This document shows positions 18,992 through 29,281 of a DNA stretch of 64,000 bases, one piece after another (within the stretch, counting starts at the first letter, position 1; every line of letters begins with the position of its first letter). Under the pieces are notes generated by a model, which made no database searches, had not been told where the DNA came from, and saw only the letters and a list, made by a program, of their open reading frames with translations. The stretch comes from an uncultured bacterium (lineage in GTDB: Bacteria; CAYUVA01): NCBI GenBank assembly GCA_964448115.1, contig CAYUVA010000010.1, forward strand, positions 1 through 64,000. The letters run 5' to 3'. A program made the translations under genes and the position numbers.

Positions 18992-21172
18992 ATGGATATC
19001 GGTAACATCCTGGTAGGTTATGTTCTCTTCTGGTTAGCTCCCATCGGTTCAGTCGCCGCCCTTTACTATGCTTACAAGTTTTTCCAAGAGATGAAGAGTG
19101 AGGATCGCGGAACCGAATCGATGAAGGAGATCGCCGATGCTGTTCGTTCAGGCGCTATCGCCTACATCAAGCAACAGTACACGGTTGTGGCACTATTCTT
19201 CGTTGCTGCTTTCTTATTCCTGTTTTTCCTAGCTTTTGTGCTGGGAGTGCAGAGCAAGTGGGTGCCGTTTGCATTTCTAACCGGGGGCTTTTTCTCAGGC
19301 CTTTGCGGTTATATCGGCTTGAGCACCGCTACACACGCCAGCGATCGAACTACCAATGCTGCCAAGAAAAGCCTTAATGAAGGCTTGAGGGTGGCATTTC
19401 GCTCCGGGGCGGTTATGGGACTTTGCGTGGTTGGATTGGGATTGCTTGACATCTCAATCTGGTACATAGTTTTAAGATGGATAATGGGTTACGATCTCCA
19501 TACTGTAACCGTTACCATGCTCTGCTTCGGTATGGGTGCCTCATCGCAAGCACTGTTCGCTCGTGTCGGCGGTGGTATCTTCACCAAGGCTGCTGATGTT
19601 GGCGCTGATCTGGTCGGCAAGGTAGAGGCTGGTATTCCGGAAGACGATCCTAGGAACCCGGCTACCATTGCTGACAATGTCGGCGATAATGTCGGTGATG
19701 TCGCTGGTATGGGCGCTGATCTTTACGAGTCCTACTGCGGTTCAATCCTGGCTAGCGCGGCTTTGGGTGTCGCTGCTGGATTAGGAGTAAACGGGGTCAT
19801 CCTCCCATTGCTCATCGCCGCTGCCGGTATCGTCTTTAGCATCAAGGGCATATATCTGGTCAGAACCGAGGAGAAGATCTCCATGAAGGAGCTTCTCAAG
19901 GCGCTGGATAGGGGCATCAATGCTAGCGCGATCTACATTGCCATAGCCTGTCTCATCTTAGTGCCGATTATCATTGGCTTCAGCAACATCGGCATCGCCT
20001 TCTCAATCATTGCCGGGCTATTAGTCGGTATCGTTATCGGAAAGGGCACCGAATACTTTACGGCAAACGATTTCAAACCGACCCAACATATTGCCAAGCA
20101 ATCTACAACTGGTCCTGCCACCACAATCATCGCTGGCATAGGTGTCGGAATGATGAGCACTGCTGTCGCTGTCAGCGCTATAGCCATAGGAGTTCTTTGC
20201 GCATTTGCCTTTGCTGGCGGATTTTCTAATACAGAGCTTGGTCTATACGGGATCGGCATCGCTGCGGTAGGGATGCTTTCAACCCTGGGCATTACACTAG
20301 CTACTGATGCTTATGGACCTATTGCGGACAATGCTGGAGGAAATGCTGAGATGACCCACCAAGAGCCGATTGTCCGTGAACGCACCGATGCCCTCGATTC
20401 ACTAGGCAACACCACCGCAGCCACCGGCAAGGGATTTGCCATCGGCTCCGCAGCCTTGACCGCAATGGCGCTGCTTGCAGCTTATATTGAGGAGTTACGC
20501 GCTGGTTTGGTGCGCATCGGAATAACCACAATGGAGCTGGAACGCAGCGGCAAGATCATCGAGGTGGCACAAGCGAAAATAGCTGATTTCATGGCTTTTT
20601 ATAATGTTACCCTGATGAACCCGATCGTGCTGGTCGGACTATTCATCGGAGCCGGGCTACCGTTTGTCTTCGCTTCTATGACCATGAACGCGGTTGGTCG
20701 TGCAGCCAACCTGATGGTGCAGGAGGTGCGCCGACAGTTCAGAGAGAAACCAGGCATCATGGAAGGTACCGAAAAGCCTGATTATGCTAGATGTGTAACC
20801 ATCTCCACCAAGGCTGCCCAGAAAGAGATGATTTTACCCTCACTGATGGCGATCATTATGCCGATACTAGTGGGTGTCATTCTTGGACCAGGCGGCGTTA
20901 TGGGCTTGCTGGTTGGTGCCCTGATGACCGGCTTCGTGCTGGCTATCTTTATGGCAAACGCTGGCGGAGCCTGGGATAACGCCAAGAAGTGGATCGAAAA
21001 AGGTGAGATGGGTGGCAAAGGAAGCGAGGAACACAAGGCGACCGTAATCGGAGATACGGTTGGCGACCCCTTCAAGGATACCTCGGGACCTTCTTTGAAC
21101 ATCCTAATCAAGCTCATGTCGATGGTTAGCGTCGTGGTTGCTGGTTTAGTTGTTGCTTACAGCATCTTCTAA
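18992..21172 (+). CDS. hppA: Membrane-integral K+-dependent pyrophosphatase, probable Na+,H+-translocating subtype
   Basis: [35 protein letters not shown] (Ala = K+-dependent), [13 protein letters not shown] 18992 follows GAGAGG. Confidence 0.96.
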   Translation: MDIGNILVGYVLFWLAPIGSVAALYYAYKFFQEMKSEDRGTESMKEIADAVRSGAIAYIKQQYTVVALFFVAAFLFLFFLAFVLGVQSKWVPFAFLTGGFFSGLCGYIGLSTATHASDRTTNAAKKSLNEGLRVAFRSGAVMGLCVVGLGLLDISIWYIVLRWIMGYDLHTVTVTMLCFGMGASSQALFARVGGGIFTKAADVGADLVGKVEAGIPEDDPRNPATIADNVGDNVGDVAGMGADLYESYCGSILASAALGVAAGLGVNGVILPLLIAAAGIVFSIKGIYLVRTEEKISMKELLKALDRGINASAIYIAIACLILVPIIIGFSNIGIAFSIIAGLLVGIVIGKGTEYFTANDFKPTQHIAKQSTTGPATTIIAGIGVGMMSTAVAVSAIAIGVLCAFAFAGGFSNTELGLYGIGIAAVGMLSTLGITLATDAYGPIADNAGGNAEMTHQEPIVRERTDALDSLGNTTAATGKGFAIGSAALTAMALLAAYIEELRAGLVRIGITTMELERSGKIIEVAQAKIADFMAFYNVTLMNPIVLVGLFIGAGLPFVFASMTMNAVGRAANLMVQEVRRQFREKPGIMEGTEKPDYARCVTISTKAAQKEMILPSLMAIIMPILVGVILGPGGVMGLLVGALMTGFVLAIFMANAGGAWDNAKKWIEKGEMGGKGSEEHKATVIGDTVGDPFKDTSGPSLNILIKLMSMVSVVVAGLVVAYSIF

Positions 21173-21203
21173 ACTCAGAATTACTTTATAGCTTAAAAGA
21201 TCT

Positions 21204-21249
21204 CGCCCGGCTGGATTTTCAACAGGATCCAGCCGGGCGGTTTTTATTT
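21204..21249 (+). terminator. Intrinsic terminator after hppA
   Basis: 13-bp stem CGCCCGGCTGGAT/ATCCAGCCGGGCG followed by GTTTTTATTT. Confidence 0.85.
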
Positions 21250-21288
21250 AGGATGCCCCCCAATTTGCTAAATCTCCAAGGGGTAACT

Positions 21289-23316
21289 TTAGTGGGAAGG
21301 TGGTCTGAATGAATCTTTATCAGAGGAGCCTTTGTCCGATGCCTTGATGATACGGATTACACCGCTATCGCGAAGCTTGCTGATCATCAAACAAGCCTGA
21401 TATCTGGGGATCTCAACTCTCATAATAATATCCATGATGGAGCGCTTGCCATTGATTAACTTTATTATCTCCCATTGCTGACGGGATAGATCGAGCATAT
21501 TTAATGTTGAAAGCCTTGAGCGATTTATCATTGGCACGAAGTCCAAAGAGCCGATCTGGGATATGGTTTTCCGGTAGATCCTGTTTTGCACCGAGTTGAC
21601 CAAGTTCCTGGTATCACGATCAGGCTCGAGCCTATATGCAATCAGGTGAAACTGGATGCCATTTTCGAGATCTTCACTAAGAACCAGGTCATTGCCGTGC
21701 TCGATTAGTGCTTCTTTTAGAGTAATCTTTTTCCTTTTATCTGTCTGGCAGATCCCCATTAACTTCTGTAAAAAGCGATTATAAATATCCTTTACGATTT
21801 TATTATCTTTTTCTTGGAGGAATAGTTCATAAGCATCCTGAAAGGCATCAAGATATAATGCCTCATCGAGCAACTGCTCAAGGTATCTTTCATAATCGAC
21901 AGGAGACTCTAGGGGTGGAGGTCTTTTATAGTATTTTTTAGGCAACTTCTTTACTCTTTTGACCTTCACGCTGCTTTTAATCTCTATTTTTTTGCCATTG
22001 ATATCATTTTCCTTGTTGCCAATAAGCTCATTTTGCAGGTTGCGTATGATTCTAAGAAGCATCGAGCTGGTAACCCTAAGATCCTCGGAGCTTTCGATTA
22101 TTGTCTCCTTATCCTTAGGATGGCTCCTTTCTCGCAGCCTTGCTTCCAATTCCCTGGAGACTAGATAGATTATTCGATATCCATTACTTTTTTCTTTGGT
22201 GAGGGAGTTAATAGCTTCCATTCCCTTCTCCATGGTTGTTTTGCTCAAATCAAGAATGATTATCCCGGAAGTCTCCTTGGGCAATAGGTCTATTCTAAGC
22301 TCTTTGTTTATAATGGAGTTAACGCTCAATCCAGCCTCGGAAAGGTTAAGCCCTAGCTCGTTCAGGGCAGCTCTATCAGTTCCAACCAAGGTCAGCTTCA
22401 AGTCTCTGAGCTTATCTTGAATTATTCGTATTTTCTTGGTCTCGAACTCCTCGGCAGTTGTAGGTCTAACCAGATTTGATTTGCCCTTTTGTAGTTTATC
22501 TTTCTCCTTTTCAAGGAGCTGCTCCAAGGCTTTTATTACCTCTCCACAGCTTTGGTAGCGCTTTTTAATGTTCCTTTCGAGCATCGTATATATAACTTTT
22601 TCCAGTGTTTTATGTATATCGGGAACGAGCTTTCTAAGCGATGGCACTCTAGCGGTAGCAATATTTTCTAGCAGCTCAGCCAGAGTTTCCCCCTTAAATG
22701 GCGGAACGCCTGTCAAAGCCTCGAAGATGGTAACACCAACGGAGAAGATATCTCCCTGGGGTGTATCGATTCCCATGAGCCGTTCTGGTGCGATGTACTG
22801 AGCGGTGCCGGGGACTTGCAGCTCGCCTTTTTCTTGCTCTATCCTGCCGGCTTTTATGGTTGCCATACCGAAATCAGCTATCTTTACATCGAGATTCCTG
22901 GTCAGCAGAATATTGCCCGGTTTGATATCGCGATGGATAACTCCGTATTTATGAGCACAATTAACTCCGTAGAGTATCTGTAAAGCCCACTTGACTACTA
23001 GTTCGATGGACACCGTTTTATTTTGTCTTAAATAACTATAAAGACTGCTTCCATCAACATACTCCATGACAATAAAGGGAGCTCCATCTGATTCGCCATA
23101 GTCGAGAGTGGTTACGATGTTAGGATGGAAGAGCTGACCGGAGGCAACCGCTTCGTTTATTATCATGGCTGTCTCGGGAATATCGGAATTCTTAAAAAGC
23201 GAACTTTTTATAGTTTTTATCGCCACATGGCGGTGGAGCGCAGGATCAAAGCACAGATAAACTATCCCCATTCCACCTCTACCAAGCTCCTTGATAACCT
23301 TGTATCGGCCAATCAT
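21289..23316 (-). CDS. Cytoplasmic Hanks-type Ser/Thr protein kinase with a degenerate receiver-like region and C-terminal helical domains
   Basis: LGRGGMG, VAIK, HRDIKPGN, DFG, GTAQYIAPE; no TM segment; IIILDL segment in the middle. Confidence 0.9.
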   Translation of the reverse strand: MIGRYKVIKELGRGGMGIVYLCFDPALHRHVAIKTIKSSLFKNSDIPETAMIINEAVASGQLFHPNIVTTLDYGESDGAPFIVMEYVDGSSLYSYLRQNKTVSIELVVKWALQILYGVNCAHKYGVIHRDIKPGNILLTRNLDVKIADFGMATIKAGRIEQEKGELQVPGTAQYIAPERLMGIDTPQGDIFSVGVTIFEALTGVPPFKGETLAELLENIATARVPSLRKLVPDIHKTLEKVIYTMLERNIKKRYQSCGEVIKALEQLLEKEKDKLQKGKSNLVRPTTAEEFETKKIRIIQDKLRDLKLTLVGTDRAALNELGLNLSEAGLSVNSIINKELRIDLLPKETSGIIILDLSKTTMEKGMEAINSLTKEKSNGYRIIYLVSRELEARLRERSHPKDKETIIESSEDLRVTSSMLLRIIRNLQNELIGNKENDINGKKIEIKSSVKVKRVKKLPKKYYKRPPPLESPVDYERYLEQLLDEALYLDAFQDAYELFLQEKDNKIVKDIYNRFLQKLMGICQTDKRKKITLKEALIEHGNDLVLSEDLENGIQFHLIAYRLEPDRDTRNLVNSVQNRIYRKTISQIGSLDFVPMINRSRLSTLNMLDLSRQQWEIIKLINGKRSIMDIIMRVEIPRYQACLMISKLRDSGVIRIIKASDKGSSDKDSFRPPSH

Positions 23317-23481
23317 TCCAGTAAAATAAAGAAAGTTGCTCTAGGCTTCCAACTCAATACCTACTTGAAATATACACAGGAATATCTAAAATTGCAACAG
23401 AAACAAATAGATAAAAAAAATTTATTTCCATAAAAAATTCTTGAAAGACCGCATTTCGGATCCGGGTTGCTCGCTTGCCGA

Positions 23482-23510
23482 TTGTATTCTCAGGGCATCG
23501 GTATTATAAT
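23482..23510 (+). promoter_or_regulatory. Candidate sigma70 promoter upstream of the patatin gene
   Basis: TTGTAT, 17-bp spacer, TATAAT(23505-10). Confidence 0.4.
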
Positions 23511-23562
23511 ATGATTATAATGAGCGTTCTTTTAATTAACTCGGCTGGATGAGGAAATCCTT

Positions 23563-25176
23563 ATGACACTTCTTCATTCTGAAAAGATCCTGTTAATCAC
23601 CCGCAAGGGCAAGGTCAATGCGATCACCAAAGCTCTTAAGGAGAAGAAAAATCTTTACATCCGCCCTGGAGACAACGGTTCTCTTGTCATCTCACGCTTC
23701 AGGGAAAGCAAGGAATCAACCGGCTATATCAGGCACTTCAATCTTCACTTCGAGTACACCGCGGTAGATGCAACCAAGAAAATGGAACAGGAATACTTCA
23801 ACCTGGTAGCTATTGATGGCGGAATCTCGCTAGGCCAAAAAGGCTCACCACGCGATCAGGTTGAGATGTTCCGCTTCATCGACCTTTTGCCCAAGTTCGA
23901 CTCCATAAAGCCATATCGAGTTGACCGAATATTAGCCCTTTTGGAGCAATCGGATGACCTGTACCGGGTAACCTTTGAGCTAGGCAAGAGGCAGATCGGC
24001 TCCTTTATCTTGGATCCATTCAAGGGGGATAACTTCTTCGATGCTGTAGAGGGCATACTAAAAGCAAGAAAAACCGGCGCAAAGGCTGCCTTATGTCTCG
24101 CTGGCGGAGGCTTGGAGGGGCTTTTATACGAGCTGGGAGTGGTCAGGGCACTTAACTCATTTTTAGTAAACAAGAAGGTTACCGAGTTGGATATTTACTG
24201 TGGCATAAGCGCTGGCGCTATACTCGGTGGTATCTTGGCTAACAAAATACCCCCTGAGGAGGTGCTAAGAGCATTCGAGGGCGAGTCGGAGATCTTTGAG
24301 AGGGTCAACGCCAAGACAATATATGACCTTTATTTCGATGAGTACCTGTTCAGGCTTATTCGTTTCTGGACTAATGTAATCAGGACTCGCTCTTATACAA
24401 AGCTGTTAAACGAGATATTCAAGAGCGTTCCGGTCGGCTTCGTCAAGGGTGATAAGCTGGAGGCATACTTCGAGCGCCACCTGAACAAGCCCCCATATAC
24501 AAACGATTTCAGGGACTTAGAGTGCGAGCTATATATCGGCGCAACCAACCAGGACACCTCTGAGCATGTCATCTTCGGAGACGAGGGGCGCAAGCATATC
24601 CCGATAACCAAGGCTATCAGGGCATCCACCGCACTGGCTCCATTCTATGCGCCCATACAGATTGACGGTGATTGGTACATCGATGGCGGATATACCCGGG
24701 TGGCAAACTGGAACTTCGCTATCGAAAAAGGCGCCGGATTGGTCATAATAGTCGATCCTTTAATACCACTTCGAGTACCTGATAATAGGGGGTACATAAA
24801 CAGCAAGGGTGGTCTATTTGTCGCGCTTCAGGCGATAAAAGCCATGATGGAAGCGAGAAGGAAGACTTCCCTGGAGCTATCCCAGGAAAAGCATCGCGAT
24901 GTCGATTTCTATCTTTTTCAGCCTCGGCAAAGCACCATGAGGATAATGAGCGGATCGCCCATGAAATATAATATCCGGACCCAGATTGCCCGTCTGGCTT
25001 ACGAGGAGACCGTCGAGCAGATACTGGAGCATTTCGCATTGTACCAAAAAAGCTTCCTGCGATATGGACTAGTCATGACCAAGGATAATGTCATAAAGGA
25101 AAAAGAGAAGGTGCGCATGGGGAAAGAGGCTTTCATCGATATGCTCATGTATCCTATCGACTCGCAATTGACCTAG
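23563..25176 (+). CDS. Patatin-like phospholipase with a ~170-aa N-terminal extension
   Basis: LAGGGLEG, GISAG (GxSxG), ASTALAPFY, YIDGG. Confidence 0.9.
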   Translation: MTLLHSEKILLITRKGKVNAITKALKEKKNLYIRPGDNGSLVISRFRESKESTGYIRHFNLHFEYTAVDATKKMEQEYFNLVAIDGGISLGQKGSPRDQVEMFRFIDLLPKFDSIKPYRVDRILALLEQSDDLYRVTFELGKRQIGSFILDPFKGDNFFDAVEGILKARKTGAKAALCLAGGGLEGLLYELGVVRALNSFLVNKKVTELDIYCGISAGAILGGILANKIPPEEVLRAFEGESEIFERVNAKTIYDLYFDEYLFRLIRFWTNVIRTRSYTKLLNEIFKSVPVGFVKGDKLEAYFERHLNKPPYTNDFRDLECELYIGATNQDTSEHVIFGDEGRKHIPITKAIRASTALAPFYAPIQIDGDWYIDGGYTRVANWNFAIEKGAGLVIIVDPLIPLRVPDNRGYINSKGGLFVALQAIKAMMEARRKTSLELSQEKHRDVDFYLFQPRQSTMRIMSGSPMKYNIRTQIARLAYEETVEQILEHFALYQKSFLRYGLVMTKDNVIKEKEKVRMGKEAFIDMLMYPIDSQLT

Positions 25177-25224
25177 GGTTGCTGGTAACTTTGTTAGCTA
25201 GCAAGCTGTAAATGAAAAAGTTTT

Positions 25225-26859
25225 ATGGATCAACGCACCGCAATCATAATCTTGGTTATCTTGATCCTGGCTCATGCTGTGCTCAACTCGGTATGGCTGC
25301 GCGCTGATGAACAACTAGCTCACACCGATTTTCACTTCCACATCCTAAGCGCCCTTCGGAACTACGATATTATGACCGGCAGCATCTGCCAGAAAACCAC
25401 GGTGCCCAATCAAGGCTACCCTCCACTTGCCTACCTGGCACCACTGCCTTTTATGACCCTATTGGGGCGAACCGATGATGCAGCCTGTTATGCGTCGATA
25501 TTATGGATGGCGATTCTTGTAATCTTTACCTATCTTATCGGAACACGATTAGGGAACCGAGCGGTCGGTCTTGTGGCAGCCTTCTTGGTGAGTACTTACC
25601 CGATGATATTCGGCATGTCTCGTCAATGCTGGCCAGATCTCGCACTGGCAGCCATGGTTACCGTCTCGGTTTATCTTCTTCTAGCCTCCGAGTTGATGAC
25701 CAGAAGGAGCATAGTCATTCTGCTCGGAGTTTTTATGGGGGCTTCGGCACTCTCCAAGATACCCTGGTTCATCTTCGTAGAGCCGCTGCTTATAGTGATC
25801 CTAATCTATGGCTGGATGGTCAAGTCATCGAACCGAGCCGACATACTAGCAAATATCTTCATTAGCCATTCTATTGCCTTTGTGGTCGCGCTGCCCTGGT
25901 ATTTGGGCAATCTTTTTTATGCTTTTCAGTTCGCCAGCGATACAGCAAAAAAAGGTGTAGGCGATGATCCCCAGAGTATTCTCTCCATAAGTGGTCTTTT
26001 GCATTACCTAAAGTTGATGATAGAGACGCAGGTATCACTGTTATATTTTTTAGCATTTATGCTGGCCATCTTATTTTTAGTCATCCGATTCAAGAGCTCA
26101 ATCCATGAAAACGAGCAGGGAGGTTTTCCCTTACTTATCGTAATCTTGTGGGTAGTGGTTCCTTATGTCATTTTCTCGCTATTTACCCATAGGTTTCCCC
26201 GCTATACGCTTCCATACCTGCCCGCGGTCGCTTTGCTCACCAGTCTGGGGTTGAACCTGATACCCTGGCAAAAAATAAGAAATCTGATCATAATGGCGAC
26301 CGCTATCTTGGGGGCATTGCAGTTTGCCTGCTACAGCTTCGACCTCGGCAAGCTCTCCCAGGTTCATCTAAGACTGGAGCCGCTGGGAATCGTTGCCTAT
26401 CACCCAACCGGCTTTCTATGGCAGCGAGCCGCTTATCAACCGCAAGATCAAGGCGCGCATATAGCAACCATCAAGGATATCCTAACCGCTATCTCAAACG
26501 ATTGGAACCAGAAAGCCGAGACCGCAGATGTGCGGATTCTGTTCAACAACTCGCTGGCGAATGCGATTACCTTTAATCATTACCGGGCGCTTCTTTGTAT
26601 CACCAACCTCGAGGTATCGCCCCTGGAGGACTGCAAAGGCTCTCCCATACCGATACTATTCCAAGCTGATTATCTTCTGCTGTCCAACGAGCATGGCTAT
26701 AGCGAACAATTCGGATACCTGGCTGAGAAGCCCCTTAAGGCGATTGAGTTTATCAAGGGCAAGGGCGAACATGCCTTTTATGAGCACTTCGAGCAGCTAC
26801 AAACCTGGCAGTTCGATGATAGCAACATCGAGATCGGCTTGTATAAAAGGAGATTTTAA
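25225..26859 (+). CDS. GT-C (ArnT/PMT-like) membrane glycosyltransferase
   Basis: HTD..H loop, YPPL, WPD, SK, RYTLPYLP; multi-TM. Confidence 0.82.
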   Translation: MDQRTAIIILVILILAHAVLNSVWLRADEQLAHTDFHFHILSALRNYDIMTGSICQKTTVPNQGYPPLAYLAPLPFMTLLGRTDDAACYASILWMAILVIFTYLIGTRLGNRAVGLVAAFLVSTYPMIFGMSRQCWPDLALAAMVTVSVYLLLASELMTRRSIVILLGVFMGASALSKIPWFIFVEPLLIVILIYGWMVKSSNRADILANIFISHSIAFVVALPWYLGNLFYAFQFASDTAKKGVGDDPQSILSISGLLHYLKLMIETQVSLLYFLAFMLAILFLVIRFKSSIHENEQGGFPLLIVILWVVVPYVIFSLFTHRFPRYTLPYLPAVALLTSLGLNLIPWQKIRNLIIMATAILGALQFACYSFDLGKLSQVHLRLEPLGIVAYHPTGFLWQRAAYQPQDQGAHIATIKDILTAISNDWNQKAETADVRILFNNSLANAITFNHYRALLCITNLEVSPLEDCKGSPIPILFQADYLLLSNEHGYSEQFGYLAEKPLKAIEFIKGKGEHAFYEHFEQLQTWQFDDSNIEIGLYKRRF

Positions 26860-26965
26860 CCTCAAATAGATATCTGATCTTAAATATTGAAAAATTGTTC
26901 TAATGTTTATAATATGAGTTATCGAGCATCAGGATGATCGGTCGCTTATTCAATAAGAGGGGTCT

Positions 26966-29254
26966 ATGTTAAAACAATTCAAAGATTATCGTATCCAGAA
27001 GCTCTTGGGCAAGGGCGGTATGGCAGAGGTTTACTTGGCTAGGAGTTCTAGCCTGCAAAAAGCGGTCGCCCTGAAGATACTTCCCTCCTTCGGAGCAGAT
27101 GATCCCCAGTTCATAAGTCGCTTTAAGCATGAGATCAAGGCGCATTCCTCGCTGGATCATCCCAATATCGTCAAGGTCTATGAGGGTGGCGAACACGAGG
27201 GGCAGCTTTATTTTGCCATGGAGTATATAGATGGTTGGACGGTAAGCGAATTCCAGAGAAAGTATGGCAATATCATACCGCCGATAGCTTCTTTCATCTG
27301 CAAGGAGGTGCTAAAAGGACTCAAGCACTCGCATGAAAGCGGGGTCATTCATCGAGATATCAAGCCGGCTAATATCATGATCTCACGCAATGATGGACAG
27401 GTAAAGATAGCTGACTTCGGACTGGTCAAAGCAGAAGACCTGACCATGCTCACCCGCACCGGTGAGATCCTGGGCACACCCTGCTATATGTCTCCCGAAC
27501 AGGCATCAGGGGAACAGGTGGATCATCGCACCGACCTTTATTCACTGGGAGTCATGCTCTATGAGATGCTAAGCGGAGTACAGCCATTTTACGATACCAG
27601 CCTGCAATCTATACTCAGAAAAGCAGCCATGAATGAATACAAGCCGCTGTGGGAGATAGACCTGATTACCCCCTTCGAGTTCCATCCTATCGTGGAGCGG
27701 CTCATGTCAAAGAATCCAAGCGACAGGTATGCCAACGCCGACGAGGCGCTGAAAGCGATCAAGGAGATCTGCGGCATGTTCGGGAATCTCTCCAGCCAGG
27801 ACTACTTTCGCATATTCATCACCAATCCCTCATTCTTCATCAAGCAGATAAACGAGCTGATGTCCAATAAGTACCTGGACTACGCAAAAAGGATCTATGA
27901 GCGAAGCAAGACAAACATCGGATATGCCCTGCTGGAGGTCAACCGGGCACTCAAACTGGATCCTGAGAATAAAGACGCACAAAGCTTCTACAAGAAATTG
28001 ACCAATAAAAGCAATTTTCATCTTGAAGAAAAAACCGTCCCTCATCTTCAGGAGCTGGAGACCAGGATTGTAAAGGAACAGGAAAACTATAATTTACTTC
28101 TCTCGTTGGCTAAGGGACATCAAAACGAGGGGAACCTGACCAAGGCTTTCGTTTACTATAAGCGACTACAACGGCTGAAGCCCGGCGATGATTATGTGAG
28201 CTTACAGCTTAAAAACCTGCTTGGAAAAAAGGGAGTCGCCAGGGTGAAGCCGATTGACTATACACTGGTAATGCCGACCCAGAAATCCAATGCTGATGAT
28301 AAACAAAACCTAAAGCAACAATCGGCATCAAAGCCTGATGAGAAGGCTCCTATAGCTGAAGAGCCGATCCCGGTCGAAGAAGAAGACAAGAAGGCTCCCG
28401 ATGTACGCGTGATTACTCCAGAGAACTTCATGGAGTACAACATCGAGCGCAGCCGAAGGCAGGCGGTAGGCTCTATACTTTTTAAAAAGTACATCATTAT
28501 CGCTCTTATAATAGCCTTCATCGGATTGGGGGGGTACTATGGGTACAAGTATCTACCACGAGACCTTCTCGATGATCTAAAAGAGAAACTTACATCCACA
28601 CAAGAAAAGAAACTTGGAGAGAAACAAAGCTCCATTCCCTTCATGGAACTGTACGATAAGGCACAGACGCAATTCGCTAAAGGCAACTATGACAAGGCAA
28701 TAGAGCTATACCAGGCATTCTTGAATCGATATCTGGATAATCCGATGATCGTTCAGTCAAAGTTCAACATCGCTCGTTCACTCAATTCGATGGGAATGAG
28801 AGAGGAAGCGTTGAATCACCTGAACGAGATCATCCAATTCTACAAAGGCTCATTCATCGAGGTCGATGCTTTGTACGAGAAGGCGATGATACTGATAAAC
28901 CTGGGTAGGAAAAACGAGGCGGAAAGGGTATTCGATTATCTATACCAGAAGATTACCTTGCAGATACCATTCGATAAGCGCTATACCATGATGATGGCTA
29001 ACGCCAATTTGCTAAGCGAGCTTAAGGATTATCGTAAGGCTTTGCTTAGGCTAGATTACCTGGTGGTACATAATCAAAGGCAACGCAAGATACCAGATGT
29101 TTACCTGAAAAAAGGGGAGATTTTACTTGCCTTGGAGGATTATACTGAGGCACGGCGGGCTTTTGAGATGACCAAGCTCGACTCGTCTCCGGGAAGCGCT
29201 GCCTACCAGGCTGCCTCCAGGCATATTCAAAGGCTGAACGAGGAATATAGATAA
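26966..29254 (+). CDS. Membrane-anchored Ser/Thr protein kinase with cytoplasmic and extracytoplasmic TPRs
   Basis: LGKGGMAEVY, HRDIKPAN, DFG, GTPCYMSPEQ, DLYSLG; single TM (YIIIALIIAFIGLGGYYGY); TPR repeats. Confidence 0.93.
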   Translation: MLKQFKDYRIQKLLGKGGMAEVYLARSSSLQKAVALKILPSFGADDPQFISRFKHEIKAHSSLDHPNIVKVYEGGEHEGQLYFAMEYIDGWTVSEFQRKYGNIIPPIASFICKEVLKGLKHSHESGVIHRDIKPANIMISRNDGQVKIADFGLVKAEDLTMLTRTGEILGTPCYMSPEQASGEQVDHRTDLYSLGVMLYEMLSGVQPFYDTSLQSILRKAAMNEYKPLWEIDLITPFEFHPIVERLMSKNPSDRYANADEALKAIKEICGMFGNLSSQDYFRIFITNPSFFIKQINELMSNKYLDYAKRIYERSKTNIGYALLEVNRALKLDPENKDAQSFYKKLTNKSNFHLEEKTVPHLQELETRIVKEQENYNLLLSLAKGHQNEGNLTKAFVYYKRLQRLKPGDDYVSLQLKNLLGKKGVARVKPIDYTLVMPTQKSNADDKQNLKQQSASKPDEKAPIAEEPIPVEEEDKKAPDVRVITPENFMEYNIERSRRQAVGSILFKKYIIIALIIAFIGLGGYYGYKYLPRDLLDDLKEKLTSTQEKKLGEKQSSIPFMELYDKAQTQFAKGNYDKAIELYQAFLNRYLDNPMIVQSKFNIARSLNSMGMREEALNHLNEIIQFYKGSFIEVDALYEKAMILINLGRKNEAERVFDYLYQKITLQIPFDKRYTMMMANANLLSELKDYRKALLRLDYLVVHNQRQRKIPDVYLKKGEILLALEDYTEARRAFEMTKLDSSPGSAAYQAASRHIQRLNEEYR

Positions 29255-29281
29255 CGCCAAAACAGTTCTACTGCCGTCTGT

